A stretch of 62,817 nt of DNA, counting the filler, from Actinomycetota bacterium (GTDB taxonomy: Bacteria; Actinomycetota; Acidimicrobiia; Spongiisociales; UBA4744), in assembly GCA_013152275.1 (NCBI GenBank). It is 6 parts of 6 records of this genome, joined end to end, with 100 filler letters (N's around TTAATTAATTAA, not from the genome) between each part and the next. Parts side by side here need not be neighbours in the genome. Positions count along the whole stretch, not along the records: positions 1 to 18,007 come from JAADGS010000005.1; positions 18,108 to 22,884 come from JAADGS010000072.1; 4 more parts are not named here. One strand, given 5' to 3'. Below, piece after piece: positions 10,303-20,297 of the stretch. Within the stretch, counting starts at the first letter, position 1; each line of letters opens with the position of its first letter. The notes under the pieces are model-generated. The model had not been told where the DNA came from, made no database searches, and saw only the letters and a program-made list of their open reading frames with translations. Both the position numbers and the translations under genes were made by a program.

Positions 10303-11196
10303 CTACGGCACCACCGGTCGAGGGGTGTCCGTACGGTCCACCATGACAACTCCCACGAGGATCAGAACTGCAGCGAGGCCGATGACGACGGTGAGACGCT
10401 CGGACAGGAAAACCGCCCCGGTGACCAGACTGACCAGGGGGACCAGGTAGCCGATCAGTGAGGCATGTGTTGCAGTGGTTCGCTGCACGACCCAGAGAAA
10501 CCCGACGAACGGCACCACGGTTCCGATCGTCGCCAGGTAGCCGAGCAACCCCCACGAGACTGCTCCGATCGCACCGATCGACGTCGTTCCGAGGATCTCG
10601 GCCACAAGCAGGGACGCGCCGGCGGCGACGACGAACTGTGGACCTGCGAGCTCGGCAACGCTGTAGCGCTGCGTGTAGGTGCGGCTCAGCACACCGCCGA
10701 GCGAAGCCAGGAAGATCCCCAGGCCGGACCAGGCGACGCCGAGCAGTGGATTACCTCCGGTGATGCCACTCTCGCCGGTTGCGATCAGCACGGCCACACC
10801 GGCGAACGCGACAACGAGACCGCCGAGCTTCTTGGCGCTGAACGGCTCGTCGGCGAGGAGGAAGTGTGCCCAGACCGCCGTCGCGATCGGCACGAGCGTG
10901 ACGAGCAGGCCCCCGAGGCCGGCTGAGATGTGCTGGAGGCTCAGGGTGAAGAAGACCGTCGGTCCCGACATGTTCACGATCCCGATGGCGAGTCCAGCGA
11001 GCCACGCTCCACGGTTGGCCGTCAGGCTTCTTCGCCACAGGAGCCATCCGGCCAGCAGGAAGGCGGACAGCAGGTAGCGGATGGAGATCAGGGTGAACGG
11101 GTCGACGCCGTGGAGCAGGACGCTGCGCGTGGCAACGCCGCCGGTACCCCACCCGAACGCCGCCAGCAGCATCGCGATCCAGATCTTCCTGTTCAC
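10303..11196 (-). CDS. DMT/EamA family transporter
   Basis: About 10 hydrophobic helices in two EamA repeats; GYLVPLV...G.VFL.E. Confidence 0.85.
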   Translation of the reverse strand: MNRKIWIAMLLAAFGWGTGGVATRSVLLHGVDPFTLISIRYLLSAFLLAGWLLWRRSLTANRGAWLAGLAIGIVNMSGPTVFFTLSLQHISAGLGGLLVTLVPIATAVWAHFLLADEPFSAKKLGGLVVAFAGVAVLIATGESGITGGNPLLGVAWSGLGIFLASLGGVLSRTYTQRYSVAELAGPQFVVAAGASLLVAEILGTTSIGAIGAVSWGLLGYLATIGTVVPFVGFLWVVQRTTATHASLIGYLVPLVSLVTGAVFLSERLTVVIGLAAVLILVGVVMVDRTDTPRPVVP

Positions 11197-11233
11197 CGCA
11201 GGCAGACTAGGTGAGCCGCGCGGCGACGTAGCC

Positions 11234-11830
11234 CTACCGCTTGCGGGTTCCCCAGCGTCGCACGATGTAGAGCCAGAACGGTCCGGGATCCCGGGTCTCG
11301 GGAACCGGGTCGGCGGAGGGGACCGGCTCGGGTCGAGGCGCCGGCTGAGGCGGGGCCGGCGGTGGCTTCGCCGCGTCCTCGAGCCGCCCTCGCAGTTCTC
11401 TCACCCGTTCTTTGAGGAACTGGGCTTCGGTTTCGGCCTTCGCGGCGCGTTCGCGAGCGTCGGCGAGCTGCTGCCCGGCCTCATGCAGGTTGCCGAGCTG
11501 GTTGAGGATCCGACGCCACTCGTCGACCGGGACGAGCATCGACCCCTCCGGCACCGGGGGTTCGGGCGGAGTCGGCGGCGAAGCCTGGGCCGGAGGCACC
11601 TGCTTGGCACGCGAATGCGGATGTCCCAGGTGGTGTGCCCGTTCGATCACGTCGTCCCTCAGGACCAGTCGCACGTCTCCGTCCATCTTCGTGGAGACCT
11701 TTCGCTTCCGGGCCCAGTTCCGGATGGTCGTCGCGGGAACGCCGGCAAGGTCGGACGCCTGCTCCAGCGTGATCCAACCACGCGGAGGTGGGGGAGGGCT
11801 GGGCCTCTGCCAGACGAATGCGGGGTCCAT
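11234..11830 (-). CDS. HTH (MerR/excisionase-like) plus coiled-coil protein
   Basis: ITLEQASDLAGVPATTIRNWARKRKV helix-turn-helix; coiled coil QLADARERAAKAETEAQFLKERV. Confidence 0.65.
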   Translation of the reverse strand: MDPAFVWQRPSPPPPPRGWITLEQASDLAGVPATTIRNWARKRKVSTKMDGDVRLVLRDDVIERAHHLGHPHSRAKQVPPAQASPPTPPEPPVPEGSMLVPVDEWRRILNQLGNLHEAGQQLADARERAAKAETEAQFLKERVRELRGRLEDAAKPPPAPPQPAPRPEPVPSADPVPETRDPGPFWLYIVRRWGTRKR

Positions 11831-11910
11831 GTGCGTTGAGGTTAGTGCGATGGCTCGGTGGTCGTTCGCCTCGACTGCTCGCCGTGTGCCGATTCCCCTA
11901 GGATGCTCCT

Positions 11911-12468
11911 ATGCCTTCGGAGCAGGAAGTACGCGAGCTGGTCCGCGCCGCCGTAGAAGCTCTGACCGAGCCTGCACCCTCCCCGGTGACGTCGTCGACG
12001 GAGATCGCCTCAGGTCCGGTCGCCATCGCCGTGGGCTCGGACCATGGGGGCTTTCCCTTGAAGGAGAAGATCGCCTTCTCGCTGAGGGAACGTGGCTACG
12101 ACGTCCATGACTGCGGGACCGGGGGCAACGAGCCGGTGGACTACCCGGAGTTTGCCCACGCGGTTGCCCGACTCGTCGCCGACGGGACGTGTCGGTGGGG
12201 GATCATCGTCGACGGAGCAGGGATCGGATCCTGCATCGTCGCCAACAAAGTGCCCGGAATCAGGGCAGCCCTGTGCTACGACCTCTCTTCGGCCCGGAAC
12301 AGCAGGGAACACAACCACGCTAATGTCCTCACTCTCGGCGCAGGCCTGATCGGAACCAACCTCGCGATGCAGATCGTGGACGAATGGCTGGCGACCGAAT
12401 GGGGTCCGGGACGCCACGAACGACGAGTGGGATTGATCACCGAGATCGACCGCAGGTACCGCGCATGA
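11911..12468 (+). CDS. rpiB: Ribose-5-phosphate isomerase B with N-terminal encapsulation peptide
   Basis: GSDHGG, DYPEFA, ANKVPGIRAA, REHN.ANVL, GRH.RRV; N-terminal amphipathic SEQEVRELVRAAVEAL. Confidence 0.9.
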   Translation: MPSEQEVRELVRAAVEALTEPAPSPVTSSTEIASGPVAIAVGSDHGGFPLKEKIAFSLRERGYDVHDCGTGGNEPVDYPEFAHAVARLVADGTCRWGIIVDGAGIGSCIVANKVPGIRAALCYDLSSARNSREHNHANVLTLGAGLIGTNLAMQIVDEWLATEWGPGRHERRVGLITEIDRRYRA

Positions 12469-13289
12469 CGAACGAAGAGCTGATCGAGGCCATCACGAGG
12501 GAGATTCTCGCGGGCCTGCATCCGGATGAGGAGTTGTGTGATGGCGCGTGCGCATCCCACAGTCCGAACAAGGTCCGCGAAGTGGTCGCCAACGGGGCGA
12601 ATCGGGTCTCCTACCACGGGTCCGGTGCCGACGTTCCCCGAGACCTTGCCAAGTACATCGATCACACGTTGCTGAAACCCGACGCCACCGCAGACGATAT
12701 CGACCGTCTGTGCGCGGAAGCGGTCGAATACGGTTTCGCGGCCGTGTGCGTCAATCCGTTCTGGGTCAGGCGATGCAAGACGAACCTGCGGGGCACCGAC
12801 GTGAAAGTCGCCTCCGTCGTCGGGTTTCCCCTCGGTTCCACGCCCGCGGAGATCAAGGCGTTCGAGGCGCGGCGGGTCATCCGTGACGGGGCATCGGAGA
12901 TCGACATGGTGATCAATATCGGAGCGCTCCGATCCGGCGACTACGACCTCGTGCGCGACGACATCGCGAAAGTGTCGGACGCCTGTCACGAGTCGGGAGC
13001 ACTCAACAAGGTGATCATCGAGGCGGCGCTGCTCACCGACGAGGAGAAGGTGATCGCATCGTCGCTGGCGAGGGAGGCCAAGGCCGACTACGTGAAGACG
13101 TCGACGGGTTTCGCATCGAGCGGGGCCACCGTGCACGATGTGCTGCTGCTGCGCGAGACCGTCGGGCCGAAGATGGGGGTGAAGGCGGCCGGTGGTATCC
13201 ACACGGCCGAGGATGTGCGAGACATGGTGGCGGCCGGAGCGACGAGAATCGGCGCATCGGCAGGCGTTCAGATCGTGACCGGAGGTTGA
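12465..13289 (+). CDS. deoC: Deoxyribose-phosphate aldolase with N-terminal encapsulation peptide
   Basis: [41 protein letters not shown]-terminal [17 protein letters not shown] overlap with rpiB. Confidence 0.94.
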   Translation: MTNEELIEAITREILAGLHPDEELCDGACASHSPNKVREVVANGANRVSYHGSGADVPRDLAKYIDHTLLKPDATADDIDRLCAEAVEYGFAAVCVNPFWVRRCKTNLRGTDVKVASVVGFPLGSTPAEIKAFEARRVIRDGASEIDMVINIGALRSGDYDLVRDDIAKVSDACHESGALNKVIIEAALLTDEEKVIASSLAREAKADYVKTSTGFASSGATVHDVLLLRETVGPKMGVKAAGGIHTAEDVRDMVAAGATRIGASAGVQIVTGG

Positions 13290-13293
13290 CCGA

Positions 13294-13917
13294 GTGAGTG
13301 ATGTCGAACTGAGAACCTACGCGTTCCTGGACAGCCTGCAGCCGCAGTACGCCGCGTTTCTCGGCACGACGGCCCAGGGATTCCTTCCGCTCGCCGGCGA
13401 CGCCTCCCTGTACGTCGAGATCTCTCCGGGAATCGAGATCAACCGTCTCACCGACATCGCGTTGAAGTCCACCACGGTCAAGCCGGGCATGCAGATCGTC
13501 GAGCGGTACTACGGGATGCTCGAGATTCATTCGCCGGAGCAGGCAGAGACCCGGGCCGCCGGGGCGGCGATCCTGGACGAGCTGGGCCTCACGGAGACGG
13601 ATCGGATCAAGCCCCGGATTCTGTCGAGTCAGCTCATCCGGCGCATCGACGACCACCAGGCGCAGCTCATCAACAGGACCCGGCACGGCCAGATGATCAT
13701 TCCTGGCCAGACGCTCTACGTGATGGAGGTCGAACCGGCGGCGTATGCGCCCCTGGCGGCCAACGAAGCGGAGAAGGCGGCCGACATCAACGTGCTCGAA
13801 GTTCGGGCGTTCGGTTCGATGGGCCGCGTGTACCTCGGTGGAGAAGAACGAGACATCGACGTCGGTTGGCGCGCCGCAGTTGCCGCCATCGAAGCCGTCG
13901 AGGGTCGCGAGAAATAG
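13294..13917 (+). CDS. BMC shell trimer, circularly permuted type (BMC-Tdp, CcmP-like)
   Basis: [38 protein letters not shown]. Confidence 0.88.
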   Translation: MSDVELRTYAFLDSLQPQYAAFLGTTAQGFLPLAGDASLYVEISPGIEINRLTDIALKSTTVKPGMQIVERYYGMLEIHSPEQAETRAAGAAILDELGLTETDRIKPRILSSQLIRRIDDHQAQLINRTRHGQMIIPGQTLYVMEVEPAAYAPLAANEAEKAADINVLEVRAFGSMGRVYLGGEERDIDVGWRAAVAAIEAVEGREK

Positions 13918-13938
13918 GAAACGAGAGGAGACAGTCCG

Positions 13939-14241
13939 ATGGCTGAAGCGTTGGGGATGATCGAAGCCCGTGGCTTCGCAGCGATGGTCGAAGCGGCCGA
14001 TGCGATGGTCAAGGCCGCCAAGGTCGAATTGGTGAGCTACGAGAAGACCGGTGGCGGGTATGTGACCGCAGTGGTACGTGGCGACGTCGCCGCCGTGAAG
14101 GCGGCGATCGAGGCCGGCGTCCGGAATGCAGAGAAGGTCGGCGAGGTCATTGCTACCCATGTCATCGCCCGTCCGCACACCAACGTCGACCTCGTGCTGC
14201 CGCTTGGTCGTACCGAGGAGGCGCAAGCCGAGACCTCCTGA
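13939..14241 (+). CDS. BMC shell hexamer (BMC-H, EutM/PduA-like)
   Basis: [38 protein letters not shown]. Confidence 0.95.
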   Translation: MAEALGMIEARGFAAMVEAADAMVKAAKVELVSYEKTGGGYVTAVVRGDVAAVKAAIEAGVRNAEKVGEVIATHVIARPHTNVDLVLPLGRTEEAQAETS

Positions 14242-14252
14242 GAGGAGACGAC

Positions 14253-14540
14253 ATGTTTCTGGCGCGAGTCGCCGGGACGCTCGTCGCGACCAGGAAGGAG
14301 CCCAGCATGGAAGGGCTCAAGTTCCTGGTGCTGCGACAGCTCGACGTCGATGACAGCGAGACCGGCGGCTACGTCGTGGCCGCCGACGCTGTCGGTGCCG
14401 GCGTCGGAGAGGTCGTGATGTATGCGACCGGCAGTTCCGCCCGGCAAACCGAGATGACGAACAACCGGCCGTGTGATGCCGTCGTCATGGCGATCGTCGA
14501 CACGTGGGAGGTCGGCGGCGACGAGAAGTACCACAAGTGA
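14253..14540 (+). CDS. BMC vertex pentamer (EutN/CcmL family)
   Basis: [23 protein letters not shown]...GSSAR, DA..MAIVD. Confidence 0.93.
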   Translation: MFLARVAGTLVATRKEPSMEGLKFLVLRQLDVDDSETGGYVVAADAVGAGVGEVVMYATGSSARQTEMTNNRPCDAVVMAIVDTWEVGGDEKYHK

Positions 14541-15991
14541 TCACCGAAGCTGAGATTCAGGAGATCATCGACCGGGTCCGTAGGAAGCTCGGCGACGCCG
14601 GCGAACAGGTCGGGTCGGGGCTTCGCGGCGCGGCCGAACTCGAGGCGATCTCCGCAGTCGAGCTCGGTGACGGGATTCATGCCACCGTGGACGAGGCGGT
14701 CGCCGCGGCGAAGTGTGCGTACAACACGTTTCGCGGTGCAGGTCTCGAAGCACGCAAGACGATCATCGCTGCCGTGCGGGCCTCGATGCTCCGGCACGGC
14801 GAGCAACTGGCGGAGATGGCCCATGCCGAGACGGGACTTGGCAGGGTCGAGGACAAGATCGTCAAGAATCGTGTCGTCACCGTGAAGGCGCCCGGTCCGG
14901 AGGACCTCGAGTTGGAGGCGACGACCGGCGACCTGGGCATGATGGTGACCGAGTTCGCTCCCTTCGGGGTCATCGGGTCCATCACTCCCACGACGAACCC
15001 GACCTCGACGATCATCAACAACACGATCGCCGTGGTTTCTGCAGGGAACGCGCTGGTGTTCAATGTGCACCCGAGCGCGAAGCGGGTCTCGGCCGAGAAC
15101 GTCAGGATGATCAACCGGGCGATCGTCGCAGCCGGAGGTCCACCGGACCTCGTCACCGCCATCCCCAATCCGACGATCGCCTCCGCGCATGAGCTCATGG
15201 TCCATCCCGACGTCCCGGTGTTGCTCGTCACCGGCGGGGGAGGCGTCGTCAAGGAGGCGATGCGGACCAATAAGAGGGTCGTTGCCGCGGGCCCGGGAAA
15301 CCCGCCCTCGGTGGTGGATCAGACCGCGGATCTGGACAAGGCGGCGCGAGACATCATCCTCGGAGGATCGTTCGACAACAACATCGTCTGTGTGGACGAG
15401 AAGACGGTGATCGCCGTCGACACGATCGCCGACTCGTTGGTGAGGAGGATGTCCCATCACGGGGCGTATGTGCTCAAGGAGCATGAGCTTCGCAGGATCG
15501 AACGGGTCATCTTCTCCGAGATGGGACCGCCATCGAAGCCGGGCGTCATCAACAAAGAATGGATCGGCAAGAATGTCGGAGAGATCCTGGCCGAGATCGG
15601 CGTTCAGGTCGGATCCGACGTGCGCCTCGCCGTCGCAGAGGTGCCGGTGGAGCACAACCTCGTATGGACCGAACAGATGCTGCCGGTCGTGCCGGTCGTG
15701 CGCGTCTCCGACGTCGACCGCGCCATCGACCTCGCCGTCCGATCGGAACACGGCTTTCGCCACACCGCCTCGATCCACTCGACGAACGTCGACACGATCA
15801 CCAGGATGGCCAGGGCGATGAACTGCTCCATCTTCGTGGCGAACGGTCCCCACTACGCCGGACTCGGTGAAGGCGGGGAAGGATTCACGTCGTTCTCGAT
15901 CGCCAGTCCCACGGGAGACGGTCTGACCAGACCGCGGACCTTCTCTCGCGAACGTCGAATCACGGTCGTCGGATCCCTGAGGATCGTCTGA
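14537..15991 (+). CDS. CoA-acylating aldehyde dehydrogenase (EutE/PduP-like)
   Basis: [61 protein letters not shown]-terminal amphipathic helix. Confidence 0.92.
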   Translation: MITEAEIQEIIDRVRRKLGDAGEQVGSGLRGAAELEAISAVELGDGIHATVDEAVAAAKCAYNTFRGAGLEARKTIIAAVRASMLRHGEQLAEMAHAETGLGRVEDKIVKNRVVTVKAPGPEDLELEATTGDLGMMVTEFAPFGVIGSITPTTNPTSTIINNTIAVVSAGNALVFNVHPSAKRVSAENVRMINRAIVAAGGPPDLVTAIPNPTIASAHELMVHPDVPVLLVTGGGGVVKEAMRTNKRVVAAGPGNPPSVVDQTADLDKAARDIILGGSFDNNIVCVDEKTVIAVDTIADSLVRRMSHHGAYVLKEHELRRIERVIFSEMGPPSKPGVINKEWIGKNVGEILAEIGVQVGSDVRLAVAEVPVEHNLVWTEQMLPVVPVVRVSDVDRAIDLAVRSEHGFRHTASIHSTNVDTITRMARAMNCSIFVANGPHYAGLGEGGEGFTSFSIASPTGDGLTRPRTFSRERRITVVGSLRIV

Positions 15992-16560
15992 TGCGCCCCG
16001 CGCTGGCGCTCCTCGAGTTCGATTCCGTGGCTCGCGGGATCGAGGCGGGTGACCAGATGGTCAAGCGCGCGCCCGTCGAAGTGATCCGGGCCGGAACCGT
16101 GCATCCGGGGAAGTACCTCGTTCTCGTCGCCGGCGAGGTGGCCGATGTCGAAGAAGCCGTCACCGCAGGTCGAGCGGTGACGACCCTCGTGGACGTCGTA
16201 CTGCTTCCGGACGTACACCCCGACGTCGCAGCGGCCGTCAAGGGAGTCCGACGTACCGGGGGAGGAGAGGCCCTCGGCATCATCGAGACGCGCACCGTGG
16301 CGGCGGTCATCCAGGCGGCCGATGCCGGGGTGAAAGGTGCAAAGGTGACGCTGTTGGAGCTTCGGATGGCCGATGGTCTCGGCGGCAAGGGCTACCTGCT
16401 GTTCCAGGGTGCGGTCTCCGATGTCGAGGCCGCGGTCGAGATCGGCTCCGCGAGCGTATCCGAACGGGTCATCTCGGTGGTCATCCCTCAGCTCCATTCT
16501 GAGATGGGGGACAACCTCTTCTCGAATGCGCGCTTTGCCGACCGGGTCGGCGAGGAGTAG
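15991..16560 (+). CDS. BMC shell tandem-domain trimer (PduT-like BMC-Ts)
   Basis: Two BMC domains: ALLEFDSVARGI.AGD.MVK..PGKY and ALGIIET..AADAGVK..ADGLGGK. Confidence 0.88.
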   Translation: MRPALALLEFDSVARGIEAGDQMVKRAPVEVIRAGTVHPGKYLVLVAGEVADVEEAVTAGRAVTTLVDVVLLPDVHPDVAAAVKGVRRTGGGEALGIIETRTVAAVIQAADAGVKGAKVTLLELRMADGLGGKGYLLFQGAVSDVEAAVEIGSASVSERVISVVIPQLHSEMGDNLFSNARFADRVGEE

Positions 16561-16562
16561 CC

Positions 16563-16835
16563 GTGCAACTGGGGCGAGTCATCGGAACGGTCGTCGCGAC
16601 GATCAAGGCGCCCGGTCTGGAGGGTGTGAAGTTTCTGATCGTGCAACCCCTCGATCGGGATCGGGGGCCGAAAGGGCGCCCGGTCGTCGCCGCAGATGCG
16701 GTGCACATGGCCGGCCCTGGCGAACTGGTCTACATCGTCGGGTCGCGCGAAGCGGCCCAGGCGCTCCCCGAAACGTTCGTGCCGGTCGATCACGCCATCG
16801 TCGGCATCGTGGACGCCGTCGAGGTGGGCCCATGA
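16563..16835 (+). CDS. BMC vertex pentamer (EutN/CcmL family)
   Basis: MQLGRVIGTVVATIK, VAADAV..AGPGE, PVDHAIVGIVD. Confidence 0.9.
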   Translation: MQLGRVIGTVVATIKAPGLEGVKFLIVQPLDRDRGPKGRPVVAADAVHMAGPGELVYIVGSREAAQALPETFVPVDHAIVGIVDAVEVGP

Positions 16836-17119
16836 AGGTCGCCAGAGTGGTCGGAACGGTGGTCTCCACGATCAGCTCGCCCGTCTTCGACCATCGCACG
16901 CTCCTGGTGTGCGATCTCCTCGATGCCGCGGGCGATGCCGATGGGGATTATCTGATCGCGGTCGACACCGTCGGCGCCGGGGCCGGGGAGACCGTGCTCA
17001 TCCTCGACGAGGGCACGTCTGCCCGCCAGGTGGTCGGATGGGAGACGGCACCGATCCGAGCCGTCGTGATCGGCATCGTCGACGAGATGGTGGTCGACGG
17101 CGAGACGATCATCTCGTAG
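16832..17119 (+). CDS. BMC vertex pentamer (EutN/CcmL family)
   Basis: MKVARVVGTVVSTI, IAVDTVGAGAGE.V..LDEG.SAR, PIRAVVIGIVD; ATGA overlap. Confidence 0.9.
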   Translation: MKVARVVGTVVSTISSPVFDHRTLLVCDLLDAAGDADGDYLIAVDTVGAGAGETVLILDEGTSARQVVGWETAPIRAVVIGIVDEMVVDGETIIS

Positions 17120-17221
17120 GCAGTCGGTCGTTCCACCCCTTGATCTTGCCGCGACGGCACGCCGCGGCCGAGGCACCAAGTACGGAATACGGCGTACGAG
17201 ATACGAAATACCTCTCCTGTC

Positions 17222-17260
17222 TTGACAAGTCGACATCAGGATGACATCATACTGACATCA
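17222..17260 (+). promoter_or_regulatory. Putative sigma70 promoter overlapped by three GACATCA direct repeats at 11-bp period
   Basis: TTGACA 17222-27, 17-bp spacer, CATCAT 17245-50; GACATCA at 17232, 17243 and 17254. Confidence 0.5.
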
Positions 17261-17492
17261 TTCGGGAGAGGGACAGTTGTTCGCCATCACACAAGGGTTC
17301 ACGAGGGCGGTGCAGGCATCGATCAGGCGCAAGGTTGCGAATCGTCAGGTGTCAGACTGGGTTCCTGCCTCACGGCGCAGGGTCTTGCGACAGAAGAATG
17401 CGAGAGGCAGCAAGCGGGCAGCCTGAGAACGTATGATTCCAGCGGTCACGATGGTAGGAGGAGTGCATGTGCGACACCATGACGACATCATC

Positions 17493-17789
17493 ATGCGCAC
17501 ACTCTTCATCGTCTGGAGCGGCCGGCTCGTCTCAATCGTAGGCTCGGGCTTGACGGGCTTTGCCCTCTTGATCCGGGTCTACCGGCAATCGAGATCCGGG
17601 ACGATGCTCGCCTGCATCATGCCGGCGGCCACGGTCCCGGGAGTGCTCGTCCCATCGGTCGCCATGCGTTCCAAGAGCTCGCGTGGGCTGCTTCGGTGGA
17701 TCGGAGGAGATCGCTACGCTCGCAGCGCCCACGTCGTGATGACGCTGCCACCGAGGAGGAATGCTCCGATGAGCGCGAGCAGGGCCTGA
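17493..17789 (+). pseudogene. N-terminal remnant of a DHA3/MefA-like MFS transporter
   Basis: MRTLFIVWSGRLVSIVGSGLTGFALLIRVYRQS resembles the first TM helices of this MFS group, then degenerates. Confidence 0.55.
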
Positions 17790-18007
17790 TCTCCGCCGCA
17801 CTCGGTGTCGTTGCAGAGGATGCCGTTCGTCTCCCAATTCCTGATCGCGGCGGTGAGTGACCCGACGCCGGCGAAACCTGCCGGGTCATCCGGGCCGTTG
17901 GTCGTGGCCGGCGCCGACGCGGTCCGAGGCCCGGTTGTCGTCGTCGGTGGGACCGTGGTGGTGGTCGCGGGTGGTGCCGTCGTGGTGGTGGTCGTCGTGG
18001 TGGTGGG
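17714..18007 (-). CDS. 3' end of a surface protein (Thr-rich linker plus C-terminal TM anchor), cut by contig end
   Basis: Open frame PTTTTTTTTTAPPATTTTVPP...LLALIGAFLLGGSVITTWALRA*; absent from the ORF track because its start is missing. Confidence 0.65.
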   Translation of the reverse strand, partial: PTTTTTTTTTAPPATTTTVPPTTTTGPRTASAPATTNGPDDPAGFAGVGSLTAAIRNWETNGILCNDTECGGDQALLALIGAFLLGGSVITTWALRA

Positions 18008-18107
18008 NNNNNNNNNNNNNNNNNNNNNNNNNNNNNNNNNNNNNNNNNNNNTTAATTAATTAANNNNNNNNNNNNNNNNNNNNNNNNNNNNNNNNNNNNN
18101 NNNNNNN
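18008..18107. other. Artificial contig linker (N44-TTAATTAATTAA-N44); also at 22885-22984, 39906-40005, 43103-43202 and 59386-59485
   Basis: Identical 100-nt blocks with a six-frame stop core. Confidence 0.97.
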
Positions 18108-18852
18108 CGATCATTTGGCGAGCCGTTGTGGGGTCGTCATCCCAGATGCTGTTCACTCCCTCAAGCTGGACCGCCACGGCGCTGAGCGTGTGCGCCAGTG
18201 TGTCATGCAATTCACGGGCCAGGCGCCGCCGCTCCTCGCTCATGGCCAACCGCTCGCGTGCAATTGCACCCTCCGCCAGGGCTTCGCGCTGCAAGCGGAG
18301 TGCGCTCACCAGCTTTGTGATGACAAGGCCGACAAACGTGAACAGGGTCGCCCGGCCGAGCATCAACCCGCCGAGCAGGGCGAGATCGGCGCCCATGTCC
18401 TCAAGCGGCGGAATTGTCAGCGCAGCCTCAAGGAAGAACGTTCCGACCGAGAAAAACAGCACCCAGCGGAACCGGTATTGCCACGCAACGAAGATCAGCG
18501 GGACGAACAGATAGAAGAACAACAACCAGTAGTCGGCAATCGCCTCGTTCGCCGAAGCACCCTCGGCGAGGCGGGCAATGATCGTGATCCTGCTCTCAAC
18601 AATCGGACCGATCGCCGCGACCCACAGGGCGATCGGCAGATACTTTCTCCCGAGCCGGGCCTGGAGCCGGTGAGTGGCGAGATAGATGAACAAGAACCCG
18701 AGGATGATGATCCCCGGTTCCGGGACGAACAGCGGGTCGCCCGCAGCACGGTCCTGTCCAATGAGCTGCAAGAACACCAATAGGGCGAGCCGAACCGCTA
18801 CGTACCAGCGGAACAAGCGGATGAGGCCCGGTTCGATATCTGTATGTGCCAC
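18108..18852 (-). CDS. Membrane sensor histidine kinase (HisKA_3, NarX/DesK type), 3'-truncated by contig end
   Basis: Multiple TM helices then EERRRLARELHDTLAHTLS; start could be 18852 or 18900. Confidence 0.88.
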
Positions 18853-18894
18853 GAATCCATTATCGGCGCTAAATCCCGTGTGGCCAGGGTTTTG

Positions 18895-18930
18895 TGACAT
18901 CTGTCATATGCGATGTGACAAATGCACATC
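18895..18930. promoter_or_regulatory. Putative LuxR/NarL-type response-regulator boxes between the divergent kinase and lipoprotein genes
   Basis: gTGACAtcTGTCAt inverted repeat followed by gTGACAaaTGcAc. Confidence 0.45.
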
Positions 18931-19014
18931 GGTTCGTGATCCCAGCTACTGGTCGCCAGGCGGCGGATGTCGTGCAATGGATATTGAAACCCAACGAGTT
19001 CATGGAGGTAAACC

Positions 19015-19500
19015 ATGAAGCAGAAAAAGATCCGCATACTGGCGAGTGTTGCCGCTCTGGCACTGATCGCCAGCGCCTGCAGCATCAACGTCGAACGCAA
19101 CGTCGACGGGTCGCTCCAGGTCACGGGAGAGATAACGGCCCAAGCGCTCGCCACCGAATTTGAGCGCGACCCGGACAACGACTCCGTGAAACTGTCCATC
19201 AACGATGGTGTCATGTTGCTCGACGTCGAGGGTGTCGACGAGAACGGCGAGTACGTTGCGAACCTTCGTATCGAACTCTCCGCCGTCGACGGGGTGCTGG
19301 TGGTCAACATCACCGAGGCGTTCTACAACGGTTGGACCGTTCCCGATGACATGAGGAAAGAGTTCAACGCCGAGATTTCGAAGGAAATCAGGGAGGGGCT
19401 TGACGAAAACCCCGACGCCACGCTGGTCTCCCTCGTCGCCGACAACGACAAGATAGTTGCCGAGTGGCGGGTCGAGACAGAGGACTCCAAGAAGAGCTGA
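19015..19500 (+). CDS. Acidic lipoprotein, hypothetical
   Basis: RBS ggagg; signal peptide with lipobox IASAC. Confidence 0.75.
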   Translation: MKQKKIRILASVAALALIASACSINVERNVDGSLQVTGEITAQALATEFERDPDNDSVKLSINDGVMLLDVEGVDENGEYVANLRIELSAVDGVLVVNITEAFYNGWTVPDDMRKEFNAEISKEIREGLDENPDATLVSLVADNDKIVAEWRVETEDSKKS

Positions 19501-19521
19501 TCCCACCTACGCACAAGCAAC

Positions 19522-19551
19522 GATGGGCCCGGGTTGTATCCCGGGCCCATC
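19522..19551 (+). terminator. GC-rich hairpin after the lipoprotein gene
   Basis: gatgggcccggg-ttgtat-cccgggcccatc, 12-bp perfect stem, no U-tract. Confidence 0.6.
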
Positions 19552-19802
19552 ACGCGTCACTGCCGTCTTCGGCGTGGTTCCCTGGGTTTTGGCGTAGCTG
19601 GGGGCCATATATGGCCCCCAGCTACNNNNNNNNNNNNNNNNNNNGAAGAAACGGGTCGTGGCTTGGAGGGTTTCGGGACGCCGGTCGAGGTTGCGTAGAT
19701 CGCATGCGAGATCGCGTGTCCGGTCACACGGATTGTTGCACGCATGCTCGCCCGACCAACCCTCGATAACCGGGCCGGGGTCGGTGCTAAGGTCCGCTGC
19801 CT

Positions 19803-20297
19803 ATGGTTGATCACGACGCAGACCTACGGGTTGAAGAGTTGGGGCTGGTCCTTCCCGAGGCTCCCGATCCTGTCGCCTCGTATGTGACGTTGGTGCAGTT
19901 TGGGGACCTTGGGTACACCTCTGGCCACGGCCCCGTACGTCTGGATGGCTCTTCCGTAGTTGGCAAGGTCGGTCTGGATCTGACCGTAGCTGCTGCCCAA
20001 GATGCAGCCAGACTCACCGCGTTGAACATACTGTCAACGATACGCACGCGCCTAGGTTCCCTGAACCGTGTCACCCGGGTGATCAAGGTATTGGGTTTGG
20101 TGAATGCAACACCCGAGTTCACTGAACATCCTGCGGTTATCAACGGCTGCTCGGATCTTCTTGTGGCAGTGTTTGGCGACATCGGTCGACACGCCCGTTC
20201 CGCAGTCGGAGTTGGTTCACTACCGGGAAACATCCCCGTCGAGATCGAAGTGATACTAGGTATCCGCGAGTTGGAAGCCAGCTCTCGCCCCACGTAG
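19803..20297 (+). CDS. RidA/YjgF family protein
   Basis: YTSGHGP, VIKVLGLVN, HPAVINGCSDLL..VFG..GRHARSAVG..SLP.NIPVEIE. Confidence 0.9.
   Translation: MVDHDADLRVEELGLVLPEAPDPVASYVTLVQFGDLGYTSGHGPVRLDGSSVVGKVGLDLTVAAAQDAARLTALNILSTIRTRLGSLNRVTRVIKVLGLVNATPEFTEHPAVINGCSDLLVAVFGDIGRHARSAVGVGSLPGNIPVEIEVILGIRELEASSRPT

Noticed and set aside
18008..18107. TTAATTAATTAA motif as a biological element, and ORFs running into it
   Set aside because: Identical artificial linker at five positions; gene adjacency across linkers was not used.
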